This document shows, piece after piece, positions 57,746 to 64,000 of a DNA stretch of 64,000 nucleotides; within the stretch, counting starts at the first letter, position 1; the number at the start of each line of letters is the position of its first letter. Under the pieces are notes generated by a model. That model was not told the origin of the DNA and made no database searches. It saw only the letters and a program-made list of their open reading frames with translations. A program made the translations under genes and the position numbers. The stretch is taken from the NCBI GenBank assembly GCA_023379805.1, contig JAMCPI010000005.1:1853-65852 (forward strand), given 5' to 3'. The stretch is from Nitrososphaerota archaeon. Lineage in GTDB: Archaea; Thermoproteota; Nitrososphaeria; Nitrososphaerales; JACPRH01.

Positions 57746-58615
57746 CTAGTCACCCTTTTTCCCAGTGACAAAACTAACTGAAACACCTATTCCAAAGAAA
57801 ACACCCCGCAGAAAACGGAGAAGAATAAAACCCGCACCATGTGGCGGATCATCAATGAAACACCTTGCGAACCTCCTTCGAGAAACGGGCAGAAATGTAT
57901 ATCGACGGTAGATAGCCGCACCCCGCTTCCGAGCCAACCTTCTAAAAGAGAGACCGTATTGCAAGGACTTCACCAAAATCCTGATCAAGCTTCCAGATTC
58001 ATAATGCAGCAGATAGGCGCCGACTCCTTCAGCTGTAAACCCACGTCTTCTAAAACGCATATAGAGATCCCAATCCTCGCCAAAAACAAGATTCTCATCC
58101 TCACCTAGCTCAACCAGAACATCAGCCCTAAAGAAACGAGGAATCGCAGCTGAAACATCATTAGAAACCAAGTTTTTCTCAAAGCCGAGCACCCTCGTCC
58201 AGAAGCCGCTCCCCACCGACACCTCAGGAACAATCAATCCATCAATCGGGCTGCAGGACAAAACGTCAATACAATGCTTGATGAAACCTTCCTGAAGAGC
58301 CTGATCAGCATCTAGCAGCAAAATAAACCGCCCTTTTGACTTCTTAATTCCGATATTCCTAGCTGCAGCCGCACTTCCCTGAAAACGAATAAACCGAACA
58401 GGATATGATTTAGCCACAACATCGGTTCCGTCTTGACTATAATTATCAATCACAAGAGTTTCAATGAATCCACAACTTTGCGCGGCGATTGACTCCAAGC
58501 ACCTAGCAAGATGTCGTCCAGAGTTAAAGGTGGGAATGACTATTGAGACTAAAGGACTTTCACTACTTAGCTGCTTAGAGTAAACAGACTCCGTTGAAGA
58601 AAGCTCCAGTTTCAA
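57746..58615 (-). CDS. GT2-family glycosyltransferase
   Basis: VSIVIPTFNS, IDNYS.DGT, ARNIG, LDAD and GEDWDL motifs. Confidence 0.9.
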   Translation of the reverse strand: MKLELSSTESVYSKQLSSESPLVSIVIPTFNSGRHLARCLESIAAQSCGFIETLVIDNYSQDGTDVVAKSYPVRFIRFQGSAAAARNIGIKKSKGRFILLLDADQALQEGFIKHCIDVLSCSPIDGLIVPEVSVGSGFWTRVLGFEKNLVSNDVSAAIPRFFRADVLVELGEDENLVFGEDWDLYMRFRRRGFTAEGVGAYLLHYESGSLIRILVKSLQYGLSFRRLARKRGAAIYRRYTFLPVSRRRFARCFIDDPPHGAGFILLRFLRGVFFGIGVSVSFVTGKKGD

Positions 58616-58765
58616 GTCTCAGCTCAATAGCTCTCAAGTTAAAGTGAATAAAAACCCGACGCTCCCACTTCAGTCTATCTCGCAGCTAAGCGACGGATAG
58701 GCAGCTGCAATGCTAACAATAAACTAGAAGAAAATACGGGGGAGCAGCAACCGCCGTTTGGCTTG

Positions 58766-60340
58766 CTACTGCTTCGGTCTTCTCAGCGTCAACACAGCTG
58801 CAGCAATCACTGCAATTGCAGCAACAGCTATTGCCGCATAAGTGAGTTCGCTTTGCACACCGACCGCCTTTGTCTCAGTAACGGTTATTCCCGGTGGAGT
58901 AACCGTTGAGGTCTTGGTCGCAGTGTTAGTTGCGCCGCTTGTAACAGTTGAAGTGGATGTCTTAGCGGTTGTAACGGTTGTAACATCGCTCTTTGTTACA
59001 GTGCTTAGGCTTGTTGCGGTCTGAGTAGTTGTGACTGTGGAGGTCTGCTTCACGGTGTTGGTGGATGTAGTGGTTGTTTGTGATGTACTAACTGCTGTTG
59101 AAGTGGTCGTGACTGTTCCTGTCTTGGTGACTGTGCTGGTCTTAGTTACTGCGCTCGTAGTTGTTGATGATGTAGTACTGCTTGTTGTCGATGAAGTACT
59201 TGATGAGGCAGTGGTGGAGGTGGTTACCGTTCCTGCTCCAGGTGAAACTGTCATTGGTGGGGTGCTGTCTACCGGTGTTCCTGCTAACGAGATGTATGTT
59301 CCGGTAAGTGAAGCTACGTTGATTTGTCCTGAGATCGTGTTCGCAACAGTATTTCTAACTATGTTTGACATTTGTGTCCAAGTGCTTGTTCCTGTATCAT
59401 AGTAGTATAGCGTTAAAGTATTCTCAGTTAGACCTGCAGCAGTGATCTCAGCATCGGTGTAGGTTACAGTAATCGTGGCGACCCCGCCGGTGAAGCCATA
59501 AGACTTGACGTCAAGCCACTTGGCGCCCTTCTTACCGGTATCAGCTTCAATTGTGTGGAATCCCGTATTCGGTTTGTTATTAAATTTGATGGTTGATATT
59601 GTACCTCCCACAGCATTATCAGCATAGGTCGCACTAGTCAGGAGAACCTTTAACGAGGTAGTGTTAGAGTGATCTATTTCCGGTGGATTCCCAGCGCTAA
59701 CCTGATCACTGCTAGAAGTATCACCTGAAACAACATTCAAAGTTATGCTTGACGAGTAAACGATTGGATTGGGATTTAAATCAGTAACTACGCCCAGCTT
59801 AATTGTATGTGACCCTACCGTTAAGTCTGAAGTATCAAGCGTAATCAAATAGTTAATTGTTCGCGGACCGGCGACGCCGTATCCATAAGAGTAGGTATAA
59901 CCATAGCTAGATCCAGATCCTGATGTAAAACCTTGAAAATACCCATAGGTGTAGCCGTAGGCTGGCGTGAACAGTTGACCCTTAGGAAAGTTAACAGGAT
60001 CAACAGATTCAATGGCAGCACTCGTTGAACCTATTGGATCACCTGTTCTCGGATCAAATGAAAAGGTTAGCCCATCTAATACAATAATTAACGTCTTTAG
60101 AGGTATCAACTCACCGGAGCTGATCTGGACATGCGCTACGAATTTGAAGTTCCCGCTATGACCAATATTCTGGTTGTTTGCAGCTCCAAGAATCGCTATA
60201 CTTAGAGCTGACGCGGTGGGCGCGAAAACTATCAATGAAATAATAACAACCGAAACGGCTGCGGCAATACCTTGAGTCAAATATTTGGAACGTTTCAAAA
60301 TACCCTTTACCCGAGAACGCATTTGCTTAGTTCCCACCAT
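58766..60340 (-). CDS. Membrane-anchored cell-surface protein with GY-rich loop, beta-domain, Thr/Ser stalk and C-terminal TM
   Basis: Signal peptide; YGYTYGY...YGYTYSYGYG; YTD.E...GL.E.TL.LYYYD...W; long T/S tract; TM followed by RRPKQ. Confidence 0.8.
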   Translation of the reverse strand: MVGTKQMRSRVKGILKRSKYLTQGIAAAVSVVIISLIVFAPTASALSIAILGAANNQNIGHSGNFKFVAHVQISSGELIPLKTLIIVLDGLTFSFDPRTGDPIGSTSAAIESVDPVNFPKGQLFTPAYGYTYGYFQGFTSGSGSSYGYTYSYGYGVAGPRTINYLITLDTSDLTVGSHTIKLGVVTDLNPNPIVYSSSITLNVVSGDTSSSDQVSAGNPPEIDHSNTTSLKVLLTSATYADNAVGGTISTIKFNNKPNTGFHTIEADTGKKGAKWLDVKSYGFTGGVATITVTYTDAEITAAGLTENTLTLYYYDTGTSTWTQMSNIVRNTVANTISGQINVASLTGTYISLAGTPVDSTPPMTVSPGAGTVTTSTTASSSTSSTTSSTTSSTTTSAVTKTSTVTKTGTVTTTSTAVSTSQTTTTSTNTVKQTSTVTTTQTATSLSTVTKSDVTTVTTAKTSTSTVTSGATNTATKTSTVTPPGITVTETKAVGVQSELTYAAIAVAAIAVIAAAVLTLRRPKQ

Positions 60341-60500
60341 ACGGAATCATAGACAAATGATCTATAGCATATTTAACTTTTATGTATCACAAAGATCGAG
60401 TTAGAGTTTAACTTAACACTCTCCAAATTAAACACGTATTAAGCATAACGAAGCCTTTCAACTATGAATAATCTGTTAAGCGTTAGGAGTAGGTAGTTTT

Positions 60501-60527
60501 AGAAAAATTAAAAGAAAGAGGGGGGAA
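60501..60527 (-). terminator. Archaeal pyrimidine/oligo-T terminator after the S-layer operon
   Basis: Minus strand TTCCCCCCTCTTTCTTTTAATTTTTCT about 20 bp after the 60549 stop. Confidence 0.55.
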
Positions 60528-60548
60528 GCTGCCTGTCTTTATTCTTGG

Positions 60549-61838
60549 CTAGGCTAGCTTCCTGATGAGTGTTACGAGTTCCAGTACGAGTGTTATCGCC
60601 GCGATTATGCCTATGATCAGTATCCATGTTGACGCCGCAGCTACGCCTGTCTCGGTTGACTGAAGGTTTTTCTGCATGCCGTCGACGCTTTGGGTCACCT
60701 GATTCATCTGAGTCTGCAATGGTTGAACAACGCTTGTAACAGCTGTTGTGACCGCTGACTGTATACCGCTGCTGGAGTCCTTGATATCCTTCGTAGAGGA
60801 GGTTATCTGTCCACCAACGACGGTCTTGATGTCTGTTCTAGCGCTGTCAAGCAGTTCACCAAAACCGGTTTTGATTGAGTTGATGCTGCTTGTTAACGCT
60901 GTCTGCGTCGAAGTGATTTGATCTTTGAGCGAGATTTGGGCGTTTGACACGGCTGTCTTGATGTCGCTCTGAGCATTAGTCACCGCGGTGTTTAACGCGT
61001 TTTGCGATGTCAGTATCGCTCCGTTTAACGAGGTTTGTGCTGAGGTTATCCTGTCCACTACGGCCTGTTGGGAAGTGTCGATCTTTGTCGAAACAACGCT
61101 CGACACATTAGCCAGCCCGTTGGCCGTCGCAAGCCGCTCCGTCACCTGAAAAGTCGTCAACTGCACATTTGTGGTACCCTTAGCTGCAGCTTCCACTCTG
61201 ACAGCGTAGGGCCCGATTGAACTAGGCTTGAAGTCGAAGTAATACAGCCCTGCATCTGCTCTCAACAGGGCTTGAGGTAGAGGTGCAATACCAGGCGGAT
61301 AGACTAGGACAACAGTCGAAGTCGGATCCACCTTGCTTCCATTGTATGCGAACGAGGCGAAGACCCGAGCAGTTTCACCCAGCTGATAGCTAGGAGCATT
61401 GCTCAAACCAATCTGCACCAGCGCCGCGGCCACCTTGCCTTCCGCCGCAGGCGGCGCAACGAACAGGGCGAACTCCACAGTAACGTCTGTGAAGCTACCT
61501 GTCGCCGCATCGGTTGCGGTGATGCTGTAGAAGCCGAATGGCGTGGTGAGAGTAGGGGTCAACGGCCAAGTGAATACATCAATGGCGTAACGCCCGTTTA
61601 TGTCAGTATTGCCCTGACCTATTGCGACTATGTTGTTAGAAGGATTGTATACCTTGATAGTAATAGCTGAGTTCCCAGTAGCTGTTCCGAAGACACGCAG
61701 AGTGTCCCCTGGATTATACTGAGTTTTACTTGGTGATAAAGAAAGAGCGGCCGCGACCAGTGGAGCTAGGCTAATGCTTGCTAGCAGTAACGCTAGCAGC
61801 ACGAGCCCGGTTTTGCCCCGGTTGATCGCGGTTGCCAT
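60549..61838 (-). CDS. SlaB-like S-layer stalk/anchor protein
   Basis: Signal peptide, two beta-rich Ig-like domains, a long coiled-coil with 11-residue-like periodicity (ITSAQTSLNGA/ILTSQNALNTA/VTNAQSDIKTA), and a C-terminal TM ending RKLA. Starts 25 bp after the SLP stop. Confidence 0.7.
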   Translation of the reverse strand: MATAINRGKTGLVLLALLLASISLAPLVAAALSLSPSKTQYNPGDTLRVFGTATGNSAITIKVYNPSNNIVAIGQGNTDINGRYAIDVFTWPLTPTLTTPFGFYSITATDAATGSFTDVTVEFALFVAPPAAEGKVAAALVQIGLSNAPSYQLGETARVFASFAYNGSKVDPTSTVVLVYPPGIAPLPQALLRADAGLYYFDFKPSSIGPYAVRVEAAAKGTTNVQLTTFQVTERLATANGLANVSSVVSTKIDTSQQAVVDRITSAQTSLNGAILTSQNALNTAVTNAQSDIKTAVSNAQISLKDQITSTQTALTSSINSIKTGFGELLDSARTDIKTVVGGQITSSTKDIKDSSSGIQSAVTTAVTSVVQPLQTQMNQVTQSVDGMQKNLQSTETGVAAASTWILIIGIIAAITLVLELVTLIRKLA

Positions 61839-61862
61839 TTTTCATACCTGATGTCCCCTTGT

Positions 61863-64000
61863 TTAGGAGACAGTTACGGTTTGTGATACGACTGGTGAGT
61901 AGGCCACTGCGCCGGTCAGGGTGTTCCACACGAACACTTGGATCGTGTAGGTGCCTGCTGCGCTTGGTGTCCAACTAATACCAGGTGTTGATGTCTGTCC
62001 TGCGGACAGTGTCATGTTCTGGATCCAGTTGAGGAATACTACTTGTCCATTAGCGTTCTTGACTTGTACGATGTATGTGAATGTCTGTGTTGTCGAAGCG
62101 TTGTTCTTGACTGCTGCTTGTACTACAACAAGGCTTCCGGCTGTTGGTGCAGTTACGGGTTGGCCTGTGCTGCTGACAAGTGAGGGTGTGCTCGCTGGGA
62201 CACGCTGAGTAGGTACTTGTGAAGTACCAACCATTGCTGTTGCAGAGACGCTTGATGCCTTGCCGGTTGCGTTGATGTCGTCGCTGAATGTGGCCGTGAC
62301 GGTGTCACCTGTTGCACCTCGTATCTGGTTGCTGCCTGCTGCAGGTAGTCCAGCTACGACTTGCACTTGCGCTGAGAAGACTCCGGTGTTCGGAGCAGTC
62401 TCTGGCAGAGTGATGTTCTGACCGATTGGCCAGCTGGTGCTTGTGACCATTACGGTTACACTTTGGACGACGTTTGGATCTGTGTTCTTGTCAAGGTCAG
62501 TAACTGTGACGTTAAGGTACTGTCCTACGACCACAGTTGCTGGTGTGACAGTGATCGAGCCTGTTGTGGACACAATTGGCGCTGTTGCACTTAGGATAAC
62601 TCCTACGTTTCCTGCTGCATCTACCTTGTCAACGAAGTAGACGCTCAGTGTGTCTACTGTCGCTGTTGTGAGTCCTGTGCCGCCGAGCTTGAATGTCCAT
62701 GTGAATGTACCGTTGCTGTAAGTAGTGTTGGCTCGCATATCGGTTACTACGAGCTTGCTGGTCTGGACGCGTGCAAGAGTAACTGTGCTGGATGCGTTGA
62801 ATACTAAGTCTGCGTCTGTAACGGTGACCTTGACAGTTGATGATGGTCCGTAGCTAGCAGCGCTCAGTTTCATTGTTGCACTGCTGGTTGGAATTGTTGC
62901 TGTGCCAGTCAAAGTAGATGTTGTTAGACCTGTTCCGTAGTAGCTTGTAGCGGTTGCGTTGTCAATGTACTTGACGGTGATGGTGTCTCCTGGAGCGAAA
63001 CCGAGGAACGGAGCCTCAGCGCCAGAACCGACTCTCTTAGAGGCGGTGAAGACGCCGGTGTTGTTACCGGTTTCCTTCAGAGTCAATGAGCCTACTTGTG
63101 AGGTGCCTTTGAAGATGTTTACGTGAGGCTGGCTCTTCGATGTTGTGCTTAGGTCTTCATCAGGCTCGGTGAGCGAGACTGTTAAGCTCCCGTTCAGACC
63201 GACTGATACTGGGCTCACTGTTAGAGCTGCTGTTGAAGGCTTGATGGTTCCGGTGGCTGTAACGTTACCGCCAGTGGCTAGTGGATCGGTGTAGCCGAAG
63301 ACTAGTTTACCGTTGACCATCTGCTGGCCTTTAACATTGGCGCCTGGAGCCATGCTGGTCAGGTTAACGTTGCGAAGTATGTAATCTACTGAGTTGGCAT
63401 TGACTGTTACTGTTCCTGTTCCGCTTGCTATATTGTATGTGACTGTTGCGGTGAATATGCCTGTGTTAATTCCTGTCTCGGTGAGTGGGACGGTTACGCT
63501 GGAAGACGTCGCTAAGCTGACTCTTTGGTTGGTTGCGTTGTAGACTATCAGCTTGATGTTCGCAGAGTCGATTCCGAAGGCGTTTGTGTTAGCCTTTGGA
63601 TCGGTTACTGAAACAACTACAGAAACTGCGTTGCCTAGAGATACGGGCAAGGTAGTTCTGTCAAGGCTGACGGTGCTGACTGTTCCACCGATTGTTACGG
63701 TGGTTGTGATCGTTGTCTTGGTGAATAGGTCGTAGTACTTGACTGTGAGTGTGCTGCCCGCGGTTCTTGAACCGTTCAGGTTCGTCGCCAAGTCTAGGTT
63801 CAGGTTGAAGACACCTGTTCCTCTACCGGATTCAACGAATTGAGTTGGAACGGTTGTGAAGGTGAGGGTGCGGGTTACACCGCTCTTGGTCTCTGTAACG
63901 TTCAGCTTACCTATTGCTGCGGTTGCAGTTGCATGAGTGACGTCTAACCAAGACTTTGTGTTGTTGGCTAGTGTTAGTCGCTCAATCGCGTTTGCGTCAT
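61863..64000 (-). CDS. Major S-layer protein, Nitrososphaerota type (5'-truncated by window edge)
   Basis: Frame open to the window end. Repeated (L.)ET/SG.NTG.F Ig modules with D.D.N motifs; C-terminal F.YIVQVK...G.V..L.WI...L.AGQ..PGISWTP...G.Y.IQVFVW domain characteristic of thaumarchaeal SLPs. Confidence 0.8.
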   Translation of the reverse strand, partial: DANAIERLTLANNTKSWLDVTHATATAAIGKLNVTETKSGVTRTLTFTTVPTQFVESGRGTGVFNLNLDLATNLNGSRTAGSTLTVKYYDLFTKTTITTTVTIGGTVSTVSLDRTTLPVSLGNAVSVVVSVTDPKANTNAFGIDSANIKLIVYNATNQRVSLATSSSVTVPLTETGINTGIFTATVTYNIASGTGTVTVNANSVDYILRNVNLTSMAPGANVKGQQMVNGKLVFGYTDPLATGGNVTATGTIKPSTAALTVSPVSVGLNGSLTVSLTEPDEDLSTTSKSQPHVNIFKGTSQVGSLTLKETGNNTGVFTASKRVGSGAEAPFLGFAPGDTITVKYIDNATATSYYGTGLTTSTLTGTATIPTSSATMKLSAASYGPSSTVKVTVTDADLVFNASSTVTLARVQTSKLVVTDMRANTTYSNGTFTWTFKLGGTGLTTATVDTLSVYFVDKVDAAGNVGVILSATAPIVSTTGSITVTPATVVVGQYLNVTVTDLDKNTDPNVVQSVTVMVTSTSWPIGQNITLPETAPNTGVFSAQVQVVAGLPAAGSNQIRGATGDTVTATFSDDINATGKASSVSATAMVGTSQVPTQRVPASTPSLVSSTGQPVTAPTAGSLVVVQAAVKNNASTTQTFTYIVQVKNANGQVVFLNWIQNMTLSAGQTSTPGISWTPSAAGTYTIQVFVWNTLTGAVAYSPVVSQTVTVS

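Noticed and set aside
45140-63735. Val-rich plus-strand ORFs (45140, 58842, 59031, 62437, 63553 and similar)
   Set aside because: Antisense shadows of Thr-rich (ACN codon) genes.
1-64000. tRNA, rRNA or structured ncRNA genes
   Set aside because: No cloverleaf or rRNA-like segments seen by eye in the intergenic regions; a covariance-model scan would be needed to exclude small RNAs.

Overview
Archaeal DNA, probably a Nitrososphaerota (Thaumarchaeota)-related or neighbouring TACK lineage, judged from the C-terminal domain of the S-layer protein and archaeal TATA boxes about 25-32 bp before start codons. The whole window is a cell-surface locus. About 1-35 kb is a visibly AT-richer, relic-littered glycan biosynthesis island. 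It holds a CysN-like GTPase, two AlkP-superfamily enzymes, GalU, several SDR epimerases/reductases, a Gmm-like Nudix enzyme, an orphan TPP-dependent E1 alpha/beta pair, RmlA/B/C plus a DegT aminotransferase, GT2/GT4/GT-C glycosyltransferases, methyltransferases and a B12 radical SAM enzyme. Degraded IS5, IS6 and IS110 elements lie between these genes. About 35-64 kb holds a flippase, UDP-glucuronate decarboxylase, more GTs, a VapBC pair, a 1966-aa protein with nine novel-looking repeats, Thr-rich membrane-anchored proteins, and an S-layer protein followed by a SlaB-like stalk gene. No rRNA, tRNA or CRISPR array was seen. Best leads: (1) the E1 pair lacking E2/E3 and the beta-subunit His (possible branched-chain sugar synthase); (2) a possible sulfation module with a stand-alone RLxxLGY-tail protein; (3) the nine-repeat WxHNWRDPNG..WW..NQYH surface protein; (4) a shared C-terminal anchor motif and the SLP/SlaB-like pair. 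All calls come from motif recognition by eye; no database searches were run.
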